This document shows, one piece after another, positions 24,371 to 38,200 of a DNA stretch of 64,000 nucleotides. The notes below the pieces were generated by a model. That model did no database searches. It was given only the letters and a program-made list of their open reading frames with translations, and was not told the DNA's origin. The DNA lies in the NCBI GenBank assembly GCA_964016885.1, contig OZ024740.1, positions 316,758,001 to 316,822,000 on the forward strand, given 5' to 3'. The DNA is from Eledone cirrhosa. Its lineage: Eukaryota. A program made the position numbers and the translations under genes. Numbering within the stretch: the first letter of the stretch is position 1; each line of letters begins with the position of its first letter.

Positions 24371-24443
24371 CAAAAGGCAGGTCTTATATAAATATATATA
24401 TAATTTTGTTGTCGTTGTTATTGTAAGAAACTGGGTATGAAAC

Positions 24444-26428
24444 TATAGCGAAGATACTGGGTTGTATGAATGTAACACGGAGACATGGTTTGTGTGTATA
24501 ATATTTAATTAACAATCATGGATATATATAGAACAGTATAGTTGACATGTCAAAGTAATAGATGATAGAATGAAGCAAAGTTAGTAGTTACCGTTTTGAT
24601 TGCCAGGCAAACGCGAGACGCCTGGCGAAGGCCAGGCGCCGGAAGGGCAAATGAGAGGCAGAGAGCCGAGAGCTATTCGTTTGATAGGGCTCTGCCGGAA
24701 GTTACAGAAAGGGTTCTACTTCCCGTCTAGATGTTAATCTATTGGGGTTGTGAGTCACAACAAGGGAGACAACCGCTACATAACCTCCCGCCAGAATTTT
24801 AGAATATAAAAATCGCATGAAATATGTAGCAAGTTGGCGAGAATGTTGTAGCAGGCATGAAAATTACGACAAAAGAATGTTTGCAAAAATCAATGATAGA
24901 TATCAAGGTAGCCAACCGCTCTTGGCCAGAGAACGACTGGACATCCATCTATCCATCACCCAAAGATACAATGTAATAAAGTAAGAGAAGGGCTCAAAGT
25001 TCAAATGTACAAAATATAGTTCACAGGTGTGCAATCACATGACAGCAGGAAAGAAAGTGTTCCAGAGAATGAATGCAGGTGGTTTCTGTTCTGTGGTATA
25101 TCGTGAAATTTCCAACCTCCAAATGGATTTTCTCACAGGAAGAGTGCTGCAAAAATAAATTCTCTGGCTTGTTCTGCTGGTTTTGGTTGTTGGTGAAGCT
25201 GTGTTGCTGTTGATGTCTCGCTGAGTGAGCGTATTCGGTGTTTAAATTCACAGTAAAAAAAAAAATTTTTTCGGAAAAAAAAAATGAGTTGCGCAAAGTG
25301 CTAGAAATAACAGCCGAAGTTGATGGTCGATGTTGAGAATGCGTTGACCTGGAAGGGTCAAGAGGCCAGCGACCAAAGAAATAAGCATTCTGAATAGATG
25401 CGCAGTTTTCAACGGCAAATTTACGTGGTAAATTTTTAAACCGGCAAATAGGAGAATATAGCTTAAGGCTGAAGAATCCTTGGCGAGAAACGTTATCTCT
25501 GGCGTGCGGCTATCTCTGTGAGTCGAGATATCTCCGTGAGTTGAGAATTTGTGCTGCCTACACGTGCCAATACAAGGTAAAGTTAGGTTGATAAAATAAT
25601 ATTTCTAACGCGCGAGAAAATGATAGTGCAAGTGTGAAAGTGACAATGATGAAAAAGAAAGGCTTCACTCGGCATAATTATTGGTGTGAACTTTGGAAAA
25701 AAAAACTTGAACGATGAAGAAAACGATGAAAAAAAAGGCAATGGTTCATCGAAAATAAATGTTCCTGTTGAAATGTTTTTTAAAGAATATCAAATTTCTT
25801 TTTCTTTTTTTGTTTTGTTTTGAAAGTGTTCGTTGTAAGAAACGAGAAACATATATATATATCGTGAAATGCGACAGTTAGTTGATGCGTGAGAGAAAAA
25901 GTCTGTCTGTGCGAAAATTTCACATGTGCGTGGTCTGTTCGTTTCTTTTACTGAGTATTTTCATAGTTTATCAATAAATTTGCTGTGTATTCGTAAATGT
26001 TACTCACACAACACCAGATTCTGCTATTTTTTTCTTTTTTCGGGGTGACCACTTATAGCGATGAACGGCTGCGTGTTCGTATCATGTCAGGGTCACCAAT
26101 ATAGCGAGGATACTGGGTTGTATGAATGTAACACGGAGACATGGTTTGTGTATAATATTTAATCAACAATTTAACAGTATAGTTGACATGTCAAAGTAAT
26201 AGATGATAGAATGAAGCAAAGTTAGTAGTTACCGTTTTGATTGCCAGGCAAACGCGAGACGCCTGGCGAAGGCCAGGCGCCGGAAGGGCAAATGAGAGGC
26301 AGAGAGCAGAGAGCCGAGAGCTATTCGTTTGATAGGGCTCTGCTGGAAGTTACAGAAAGGGTTCTACTTCCCGTCTAGATGTTAATCTATTGGGGTTGTG
26401 AGTCACAACAAGGGAGACAACCGCTACA
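24444..26428 (-). mobile_element. Non-autonomous LTR retrotransposon (Gypsy-like), about 2 kb
   Basis: Near-identical LTRs 24444-24780 and 26100-26428; AAAC TSD (24440-24443, 26429-26432); PBS TGGTGACCCTGACATGAT (tRNA-Trp type) at 26081-26098; PPT-like GGCGGGAGG next to the 3' LTR; no gag/pol ORF. Confidence 0.88.
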
Positions 26429-26659
26429 AAACTATTTAAAATAGCTTCATTCAAGACTTTATACGAATATTAAATCGACCTCACTACATGATTGGTACTT
26501 TATTTTATCGGTCCCGAGAGGATGATAGGCAAAGTTGACTTTGGTGGGATTTGAACTCAAAATGTAAATTGCTCGAAAATAAATACCAGGAACATTTAGT
26601 TCGATACTCTCTCTTTACTGTTAATTCGTTATTTGTGTGATAGACAACACTTTTTTTTA

Positions 26660-27165
26660 TGTCGATGACATTTTATTAAGTTTTAACTATAAACACATAA
26701 CAGATACAATTAATTACTGCTAGGAACCTCACAAATACAACGCAGTAAAATATATGACCAGAGTGAGAGAAAGAAAAACAAAAATATAAACGACCATCAA
26801 TTCACCACCAAGTGAAACAATAAACCACACATCATAAGGGTCAACGAAATATTTCGAGGTAAGCCAATACGTTCGCAACGTTACCACGGGTGGTGGCGTT
26901 GAGACAACCGGGCACCCTCATGGGCAACACCTGACACCTTAAATAAGGCGAGACCAGAGCGATGACAAGAAATTCGCTGTCAGCGGCCCAAATCCACCAA
27001 ACGTCTCGAACGTCACAGGTTGAAAAAAATAATTGTTTGATAGATCCCGTTATTTTCGGATTTTATTCCGTTCGGCAACGGAAGCAGTGACCCCAACATT
27101 TACCGCGGCATCCATGATGTAGGAGGGAGCAAAATAATCACTGACTGTGACGTCACGTAACTGCA
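26660..27165 (-). mobile_element. Divergent CRE-like RLE 3' fragment
   Basis: DVTVSDYFAPSY...AERNKIRK*RDL...FQPVTFETFGGFGP...RGNVANVL; short A-run at its 3' end. Confidence 0.6.
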
Positions 27166-27365
27166 TGTAATATTATTCGAAAATATTTTCATTCGTGTCT
27201 AGAATATTTTATACGAATATTAAATCGACCTCACTGCATGACTGGTACTTTATTTTATCGGTCCCGAGATGATAATTGTTACTTATGTGATAGACATCAT
27301 TGATCTGTAATAGTTGTTGGTATCTTCTCACTAGGCACAAAGGCCATACATGTTTAATGGGAGAG

Positions 27366-27590
27366 AAAATAAAAGATAATTGTTTCTACTTTTGGCACAA
27401 GGCCAGCAATTACTCAGTACATTACTGGTACTTTATTTTATCGACCCCGTAAGGATGAAAGGCAAAGTTAACCAAAGAAAATAAAAGATAATTGTTTCTA
27501 CTTTAGGCACAAGGCCAGCAATTACCCAGTGCATTACTGGTACTTTATTTTATCGACCCCGTAAGGATGAAAGGCAAAGTCAACCTCGGC
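27366..27590 (-). repeat. Tandem duplication (about 110 bp x2) of the SINE 3' half
   Basis: AAAATAAAAGATAATTGTTTCTACTT...GGCAAAGT occurs twice in tandem. Confidence 0.8.
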
Positions 27591-28239
27591 ATAATGATAT
27601 CCATGCTGTTCTCCAAATTTAACGATATAAAGCTGTGATTCTTAACAGTTTTAGGTGAGGTCACTTACAAAACAAGTACAACTCTGAATGTTTAATTTTT
27701 TCTGATGTACACATTTCTGACATAGCAGGTTTAAAATGCCCAAGACCTGCCATGTGTCAGCATGGCGCCCCTATGACTCCATCATGAGTTAAAGAGTACT
27801 TTACCTTTTTTTTTTTTTTTAAAAAGACTATATTATTTAATCTTTTATCTTTTACTACAAAAACAATTTTTTTAAATTTTATTTTCCTTTTGGGACACAT
27901 AACTTAACCCTTTCATTACATTTCTAATGAAATACAAAATACTTCGCCATTGTTGTCGCTTAATATCTGCTTCCCCTTCTGGCAAGGGTTGGGCAGGTTG
28001 TCAGTAGACCAGGTTGGCACACATGACCCCTTTGGTCATGAAGGACCATAGGTTTGCACCAATGTTCCCCCTCCCTTTCCCATATCTTAATTCTCACCTA
28101 TCCTCATCCTGCATACTCATTTTAACCTGATACACCTCCTCAATCCAACCCATACAAACATGGAAAGCTGGACACACTCCACACATGCTTTCCCAGTCCT
28201 GCTGCCATGATAAAAATTACTTAGGCCATTATGTAAGAT

Positions 28240-28660
28240 TGTCATACTTGTGACACAACAAAAAGCACTCAGTCTACCCTCTAAGGTGTTCATGCTGATG
28301 ACACATCAAAAAGCACCCAGTCCACCTTGTAAAGTGGTGATGCTGGTGACACAACAAAAAGCACTCACTAAGGTGGTCATGCTGGTGACATAACAAAAAG
28401 CACAGTCCAGCTTGTAGGTGGCCGTACTGGTACCATGATAAAAAAGCAGTCTACCCTGTAAGATGTTTGTTTCAGTGCCATGATAAACACTCAGACCATG
28501 TTTTAAATGTGGTTGCCATTAGGAAAAACATCCAGCTGTAGCAACCAAGCCAGAAACAGTTCTGTATGATCAAAACAAACGCAACATATCGCATAACGTG
28601 ACAACCCAACTAACCCATACAAACATGGAAAACATGATAAATATTGATAATGATGTTGAT
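28240..28660 (+). repeat. SINE-like element with internal ~42-bp tandem array
   Basis: GTGACACAACAAAAAGCACCCAGTCCACNCTGTAAGGTGGT-type units; similar array at 60035-60385; (ATG)n-type tail. Confidence 0.65.
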
Positions 28661-28814
28661 GGCCATTTAACAATTGAGTTATGAAGAGACAGGAATGGTG
28701 TCCAGAAGAAAGAAATTCCTTGCTCAAAACTAAATCTGAAAATCTTCAAATTTACACAAACACATGAAATTAAAAATAAAAAAATATTGCCTTCACACTT
28801 ATATGGTGGGGTTG

Positions 28815-28861
<47 letters not shown>

Positions 28862-29240
28862 AGAAAAATTAAGAAAAGGTTAGAAATAACAAAATCAAAT
28901 ACCGGATATAATTAAATAAGTCTTTTTATTATCAATGATGATGATGATATCAAAAGAAATGTTACTGTGAAAATATTTACAAAATGATCAGGAAAAAACT
29001 CCTGATTTCTAGACTGCCGCTCTTTCCTAGTTTCTGTGCCAATAAAAGTGAAGCCACCAAGATGATTTTCATGAAATTAAGTTTAGTTGGGCAGGAAAAT
29101 ACATCACAATTGTCCAAAAAGTAAAACAATTCCAATGATGTTAGGTTTAGGTGGATAGGAGGACAACAAAATGGTCCCACTGATGTTTGTATGTGACAGC
29201 TGTCAAGATTTCTTGTTCCAGGAGTTGCAGATATCCTGCT

Positions 29241-29285
29241 CTAGAAGGCATAACGAGTCCTAGTATCTTCCAGTTTCTTGGAAAC
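29241..29285 (-). CDS. SF3B3: SF3B3 last coding exon
   Basis: [14 protein letters not shown] followed by TAG. Confidence 0.94.
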   Translation of the reverse strand, partial: VSKKLEDTRTRYAF

Positions 29286-32200
29286 CTGCAATAGAAGTGA
29301 AAGTTTAGAGTGATATTTTATCATAGTAACACAGTGATATTCATTCTTAACTATTCAGTAATGATGTGCCTTCATTTCACTTTGGTCATGCTGCATTCTC
29401 ACTTCAATAATACACTAATCATCACAGATCATAAATCATGAAAAGTCACACTTCAAATAACAACAGTCACATTTCAATGATCTATGTTTGAGCTTCGTAG
29501 TTGAAACTGAAAAGTCCTGTATTTTATATCTGGCCATCAACCTTATCATAACCACAGAAATAACCTAGCAATTGCCCAATTCTTACCAAATATATGATTA
29601 TACCACTTTTTATCAGCAATTCATGTATTACTTAAACAAAAACTGTTTCCAGTTTGAATACTGAGGAGAGAATATTTGTTGAAGAGTCATCTAAAAAGAA
29701 TTAGCTGAAGGTGAAATGCATTTTGACAGAGGGATGCTCTTCTCTCAACTTGCCCTATTGTTAAAGAGAAGAGCATCCCTGTCAAAATACATCTCACCTT
29801 CAGCTAATTCTTCTTAGCTGACTCTTCAATAGGCATTGTCCTCAGAATTCAAAACCACATTATTTCCAAATATAAGATGAGAGATAAACAAATGCTGATA
29901 ACATGATAAAAATGCAGACTGTGTTGATACTAGAATAAAAGTATCCAATCTGCACTGAAAGGCAATAGTGTTGTGACCTGAAAAAAACCCTCATTGTTGA
30001 CCCTGTATAGTGTTATTGCTGAGGGCACAATAAATGCTTCCAGTACATGCTGTAAAGTGGTTGGCATTAGGAAGGGCACGCAGCTGTAAAAACCAGGCCC
30101 AAAACGGAGCGCTACAAGAAAGATGTGATTACCTAACCAGTCTAACCTCAGTACGTGACAACCAATCTAAGCTATGCAAGCATGGAAAATAGATGTTAAA
30201 ATGATGATGATGATGATGATGAAGGTGGTGTTCTTACCTCACTGGGGGTACGGTCTAAATCGTCACAAACACCTTTTTGCTTCCCAACATCCATGGAGTT
30301 GAACATCTCACAGAGGTCACCATCAATGACATTCTGAAAGGATAAATTATTAAAAGTTTTAAGGAAAGATGAATAAATAAACATTAAAAAAGTGATTTAA
30401 CAATTTTTACTTCCAACATTAAATTGTAGCTTGGCAATAAAAGACAGACATTGTTCGTTTTAAAGTTGTAAAACCAACAAGCTGTGTTCCATCAGTGGAG
30501 TACAAACTGTTAGTTACACTAATTTTTTATATTAATAACATCATTAGTAAGTGTCAGGATTAACAGCCATCAATGTTTATTCTAAAATTTTAAAGTCCTT
30601 TGGCTCATCAGTCTGGTGCTTATCCTAGTTTCTGTGTTGTTATGAAACCAAGAGTACAAGAATTCCCCTGGACAGGACACTAGTCCATTGTAAGATTAAA
30701 CCCTCAGCTATTGCTAGAACTCATTTTCAGCTGAATATACTGAAGCCACATGAAATGAAGTGTTTTTGCTCAAGAACACAACACACAACTCAGTCCAGGA
30801 ATCGAACCCATGACATTATGATTGTAAGTCCAACACCTTAACCACTAGGCTACGTACCGATGAGGTCATTTCTTCTGCACTCATCATTTGATACATTAAT
30901 GCTGAGCCATTCTCAGTTCACTTATCTTCACTTCATCTATAGCCTAAAAAAAGACCAGCACCGTAACTCTTTACTAACTACACTGCTTCTATTAATTTTA
31001 CCACATTTCATTTTCAGTCTAGCCACCAATGAAGACAAAGTCAGTGGCTCCAATATTGTCATCTTCAATAGTCACCCACAAATATTGAAAAAGTTAGAGA
31101 AGCTGAAGAACAATAGCTTTACCTTGACAGGGAAATAGTATGAGCGGAAAGAAAGATGGTCTCGACCACAGAGTGGAGGATGTTCTGAACGCATGTACAT
31201 CTCTAAATGTTGGAAAAAGTCATGGTCCTGAAAGATAAAACACAATGGAATATAATATAAAATAATGAAAAATTGTGTACAGTGCTCAGGTGCACTACAA
31301 CTCATCAAAGGTATATGTATAATACATAGAATAATATACAAATGTCAGGAAAGTGAACAGTGTATTAGTCATGATATACACATAGATACATGCATGTGTA
31401 TGGAGGGGAAATATGAGATGTAGTGTTGGCGATTTATTGAGAGATAGCAGAAGAAAAAAACAAATAACACAATTCAACCATCTTTAAAAAAGACCTAGAG
31501 GAAGCATTAAACATTTAATCATTGACATCTTCACAATCAGGTCAACCTGTGAAACCCTACTTCTCTCAGAATACAGAGGTAATCCTACTCCAAGTATGAG
31601 GTTAATACTTTTCTGGAAGTTATTTCACCTGACTAAATTGTTAATCAAGCTGTGTGAGTGTGAATGTATGTGTATTTATTACAAAGATTAATTTAATGGT
31701 TAGGAATTGTTCTGAGTGCACTACTACTACTACTTCATCATTGTCTAGCATCCAGTCAGTACTCTAATAGGCTGACATATAATTCCACATTCTACCAAGT
31801 GCATTTTATTGTAGCACTAACACTGGGGAAGTTGTCATGTCCTTGACACAGCTTGTAGAATCCTCCTGACCTTTTGATTGGCAAGTTTTCTACAGCTGGA
31901 TGCCCTTCATATCACCAACCACTACAACTCCCTCAGGAGTTATGAGACCATGCATGCATGCATTGTTAAAGAGACCAAAAAACTAAAAGTTGAAAAAAAG
32001 AATTGACTGAAATGTGTTTACAATGTTTTAAACATAAATCTAAGGGGTGTGTTTATCGTTAGCATGCTTCCACTTGTGATCATGAGAGTTTTACTTGATG
32101 AGGAGTATCGTTAGTTCAATTGGTTGATTAAAAGCTGGGGGGAAAATTGCATGCAGAAATAGTTCCATAGAGACATATTGGTTAAAGTGTGGAATGGTTT

Positions 32201-35200
32201 AACAATTTAGATATTGGCATATGAATATAAGTGGCATACCAACAAACTAAAGTTAGAGCTGCTAATAATTCTGTATAGAAAAAAAGAGATATACCAAAAT
32301 ACTGAACAAGATAGTTAAAAAAGCATTTATTCCAAGCCTGGAGGCTTATCAAGCCAGTGCTTACACAAGTTTCATTGGTGTTAAGCAACTGAGAGTATAT
32401 GACTCTTCCATGGATAGTACACCAGTCCATTGTAGAGGGAACCTTCCCAGCTATCACTGGTACTCACTTTCAGTTGGGTGGACTGGAGCAATGTGAAATG
32501 AAGTGTTATACTCAAGAACACAATGCATAATCCAGTCCAAGACATTACAATTGTAAGTCCAATACCCTAAATACCAAGACATGCGCAGAACATAATAGGT
32601 GAGTAGAATTTGAACTCTTAAACTTCAAATTTGCAATCAATATCCTAGAAATGCCACTTAACTCTTAATGAGCTCTACTGCATGAAACCACATTAGCAAA
32701 ACATTCTTGAAAAGTAGAAAACAGTATTATGGCTGCATTATTGAAAATTGACGTTTTTACTCTAATTGTACAGATTTTCACAATGATTTGTCCAGTAGTA
32801 AAGATACTATAAACATCTGAATTAACAAACTCGTTTTAACATATTTCTATATTCTGCCAAATCATTACAAGATGTTAAGAGTTAAAGTTAATTCATGTGA
32901 ACGCTAACAGGTTATTACGAAATAAAATAGATATTCTAAATATTCCTATAAAGAAATGCAACAAACCTCATGTGAAGTGAATGGAACCAGCATTCCAATA
33001 CTGCCAGATAATGTTGTGTAAACCAAAGACTCTGAACCACCTGGGATGAGGGTAGCCTTCTGTAAAGATGTAACTACTTCACCGACATGGAAGTTAGCAA
33101 TGACATCAGCCTGAAACCAAATGAACAATATAAAAATATTACTGCTACCTTTTTATATATAAAGGAAATCATCATATAAACCAATTCAATTAACTAAATG
33201 TTAAATTAAAAGCATATATGAACATATTCATGTGGCTTCTTTAATCCTTCCATGACCATATTTCTAATAAAATTCATTGAATTTCAATTAATTAAAGAAA
33301 TATTTTGTTAGATTAACTAAAATCACTTATTATTTCATTACTAAAATAGTAACTAAATGTAAAGGTTCTTATATAAAATTATGTTGGACGATTTTAATTT
33401 AAACTGGAAACCTTTAAGATGGGTGATTTTATTTCATAGAATCAGAGCCAGTTTGGGCCAGGTTGGTAACTAAAGGGTTAAAATAAATTTCAGCATTTTG
33501 TTCTTTCTAAATGAAATGTATGCATGGTCCTGTAACTCCTGAGAGTCATAGGAGCGCTGAGTTGACATACAGCATTTCTAAAATATGGCAGAGCCCAATT
33601 CTCTCCAGGTCTGAATATAGCAGGTTTCTTCCAGAAAAAGAATGTAAGTGAGAAAGAGATATAGAGGAAGAATCGACCCCAGTACATACACAGAAGACAC
33701 AACTTTTAAGTACAAACCTTTTGAGAAGCACCATTTAGCAAACCTCGATCCCAGAGTGCTTTGTTACCAGTTGGATCTTCATCAACTTCATCACAGACAT
33801 CAGGAGGTAAACGGATCTGAGTAGAAACAAACAATTGTATTATATTATCAGCTTAGAATAAACCAATCTTGTCATCAACTTACAAGAGTAGTTTAACACT
33901 AATTATTGCAATTATCATCATCAGTTTTATGTTCACTTTCCACATTGGCATGAGTTGGACAGGTTGTCACTGTCCAAGACCAAACGAGTCAGAGCAATTC
34001 ATTTTTCTCATTCATGACAAAAAGCACTCAGTCCAAACTGTAAATGTGGTTGGTGTTAGGAAGGGCATCTAGCTATAGAAATCAAGACAGAAACAGTTCT
34101 ATGTGAGCAAGACATGGTCATCTGATCTGGCTTGTCTCACATTGAGACAACTCGTCTAAACAATTGCTAGCATGGAAAAATGAACGTTAAACAGTAATGA
34201 TGATGATGATGATGCTTAAATTTAAAGGGTTAAGCACTGGAAACGATTAAATTACATCATAATTTTCAGTAAAATACTCCAGCATTATTTTACCAGTTCT
34301 GCTGACAAAGTACTTCAAACAGTGCCATGTCGGGAACATATCATTCTTTAGCTGAAACAATCTAATTTACCTTCTTCATATGTGAACAAGTCAAATGATG
34401 GTGTTATTTGTAATGAAACTTACCACTGTGATGTTACCAAATTTATCTGCAGTTGCCACAGTATCATAGTCAAGTAGACAGGAACTGGTTACCCAACGGG
34501 GTGTTGTGTCATCAGCAAATACAATTAGTTGGTTCTCAGGTCGTTTGTAACGGACAAAATTTATACTTTCTTGGATGTCAGAGACAACAATTCGGTGACC
34601 CAATGTTAAAATACTCATAATAAAGTTTGGAATACGCTGAAATATTTAGAGAAAAGAAGAAAACATTATTAATTAGACTATTATGTTTATCATGTGATAT
34701 TTTTATTTCTTCAACTATCAAACTGGTTCTACATTCTGTGAAGAAAAATGTGAACGTCTTCAAGGTTCAAGTGAGTAGCATTTACACTTTCATTATCATA
34801 TTTCTAATGAAATACACACACTATTTCAATTAATTAATGAAGAATTTGGAGGGATTTACTAAATTTATTAATCATTTCCTTATTAAGATTGTAACTTAAC
34901 ATGTTGTTCTTATATAAAATTATGTTGGATGATGTTAATTTAAATAGGAATCTTTTAAAATGGGTGGTTTTTGTTTCATAGAACCAAAGTTTAGGGCAGG
35001 CTGGTATCAAAAGGGTTAAACTCTATATATTTATTTCATACCACAACAGGTGAACAATGGCACGGTTGGTTACAGGTTTCAAACAGGCCAGTCACTGGTT
35101 TACAGCATTTCTAACAGTTATGGTTAAGAAGTTATTCACTCTCAGTCAAAGTGAAATCACTTAGATGCTATTATCACTAACCGTTCTAGAGAAACAAGAG

Positions 35201-38200
35201 TCATTCCTCATCCTGCTAAATATATACAAGACTCAAACCTAACACTATATGAAGTAGAACAATAGAAACAACCATCATTAAGTCATGTCAGTAATTAATT
35301 ATTACTAAACATGTCTAATGACTAGTTCATTATCATCATCATCATCATTGCAACCACAGTCGAACATTCCTGACAAAGTCTCTCCACAATTCACAATTTT
35401 CCATTGCTCCTGTCAACTGCTCCCTACTGAAGTTTGTATTGTCTGAGAATTGATTGATGAATGTTTGAGCAGGTTTCCACAATAATAGCTTGTGTGTAAC
35501 TTCCTGCTTACTTCTCCAGCAATGTTCTGCAAATTATAACCGTCTTTGAGCAATTGTAGTTGTTATCTTGAGCAAGTTTCCATATAAACTCTTATTTGTA
35601 AAGCGTTGATGTTTGTTTATGTTTTGTACAACATCTAGTTTCTTCTCAAGTGCTTGTGTCAGTGTTGTTGTCAAAATATTTCAGTTTACTTATATTTAAA
35701 TGTAAGCGATAAAGAGAGAGTGAGTGTGTGTGTGTAAAAAAAGAGAAAAATAGTACCTTGTTTTCACATTTTCTGAGTAACTTTTTCTTCCCAAGATCAT
35801 ATATCCGAAGATATCGGCCAGTTCCTATTAAGGCTCGGCCTTGGAATGAAGCTATGGCACCAGGAAGCTCATCAACCACAGTCTTATGTACAAACTCTAA
35901 CTTCTCTCCAGAATTCAGTAGTTTGTAACAATAGATGAAGCCCCCACTGAGAGACCGAGGATTCAGAACTAATTCCTTTGCTGTACCTACAAGTACATGC
36001 ATGTCATCACTGGCACAAGAGAACCGCACAAGGGCAATGCTGGAAGAGAAAAGGAACAAATATTGTAAAAGCCACTAAAAGTAACGGTTTAAATTGAAAT
36101 TGAAGGGAAGAGGAAAGTCGGTTTAATCAACCCCAGTGCATTACTGGTACTTTATTTTATCTACGCCATAAGGATGATAGGCAAAGCTAACCGCAACGGG
36201 ATTTAAACTCAGACTGTAAAGGGGCGAAACTCTATGCCTGACGCTCTACTGATACTGCCAACTCCCCACTTTATTTCTAATAATGTTTTCTGATTTAGGT
36301 ACAAGGCCAGCAATTTGAAGAGAAGAGGAAAGTCAATTAAATCAACTCCAGTGCATGACTGGTACTTTATTTTATTGACCCTGTAAGAATGAAAGGCAAA
36401 GCTAACCTTGGAGGGATCTGAACTCAGACCATAAAAAGTCAAACTATATGCTGTGAAGCATGTTGTCCGATGCTCTACCAATACTACCAATCCAACGCCC
36501 TTAAAAGCCACGAAAAACAACCAAGTCAATCTCAATCTATGAATAATTTATAAAGAAACTGCAAAGTGCACATATAAAAATAAGACAAACCTGTGAGCAG
36601 CTTCGTTCTGATCAAGAGATACTTTATCTAAAGTTTCTCCAGTAATTGGATTAATGATACGAACAACAGAAGCCCACATCCCAGTACCAGCCTTGGCAGC
36701 ACCAAATGTGTTCTCAGGAAGATCTTCTTCAAGGAAAGCTGCAGCCATTTTAGCAGCCAGTTGTTGTTCATCTTCTTGTGCTGCTTCTATCATCTCCTGA
36801 AAATTATAAAACATAGAAATTACACTCACAGGAAACATTCTAAATAACTTTAGAAATATTATGGTATATTTCATTAGAAATATGTTATCAAAATGGTTGA
36901 TATATTTCATTAGGACTATGTTATTAAAAGGGGTCATGGTTGGTATATTTCATTAGGACTATGTTATTAACCCTTTAGCGTTCAAAGCGACAAAAACCGA
37001 CAAAATTATGTCCCCTTTCATTTATTCAAACCGACAAAAACCGACATTTCAGACCACTCGTAGATCTCCTTCTAAAAATAAACATTGACATCATCAAAAT
37101 CTCGTCAATTCGAGATTACAGCGAGATAAAGCCCTTACGCGCGAAAATTAACTCTTAGTATAGTTAAAGACCTTGCGATAACACGTGTTTTTAACTTTGA
37201 AATTGTAACATGGCTTCTGAAAGCAGCGACAATGATTTTGAAGGTTTTACATCCTACGACATTCAAGATAAAAAAGAAACAGAAGATAATATCAGTGATT
37301 TATCTTCAAATGAATCAGATATATTTATTTCTGATATATCTGATGATGATGATAGTCACTTTGAAAGTGAAAGCGAAGAGATATCTGACACCATTGAAAA
37401 AACACCAACGTGGTTGAAAGAAACAACACCGATACATGTTTCGGATTTTAATGAAAATTCTGGACCACAACACACATTACCACCCGATGCTAAAGCTCTG
37501 GATTATTTTTTTTTATTTCTACCACAAACTTTCTTCGAAGTTGTGGCAGAAGAGACAAATCGCTATGCACAACAACAGATTTCTAATCGAGGAAAACCCG
37601 ATCTATTATGGCGTCCGACAGATTCTGCCGAAATGAAAGCGTTTTTTTACCATAAACATTATGTTTGGTATTAAACAATTTCCACGACTGTGGAATTATT
37701 GGAGTACTGATATAAGGTTTGGTAACCCTTATATATCTAGTATTATGGCAAAAACGAGATTTATAAAATTAAACCAGTATTTGCATCTGGTTGATACTAC
37801 AAATGCCCCTGGTAGAAATGAATCGAATTACGACCCACTGTACAAAGTACGACCATTAATTGAAATGTTGACAGAAAAATTTAAAAGTATGTATATACCT
37901 GGAAAAAATCTTAGTGTTGATGAAGCTATGATTGGGTATAAGGGTAGGGTTCATTTCAGACAGTATATGCCAGCTAAACCCACCAAATGGGGCATCAAAG
38001 TGTGGGAACTGTGTGAATCGGACACGGGATAGTGTGTAAACTTTGATGTTTACACAGGAAAAAAAACTTAACGGAGAGAGAAAGCACGGGTTGGGTTACG
38101 ATGTTGTGTGGTCACTGACTCAACCCTTCCACTTTCAACACAGACACATTTATTTTGACCGTTTTTTTTCTTCGGTGCTTTTAGCAGAGGATCTTGCCCT

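Noticed and set aside
25021-25296. ORF inside the LTR element as a gag remnant
   Set aside because: It has no recognisable gag or pol motif and begins in homopolymer runs.
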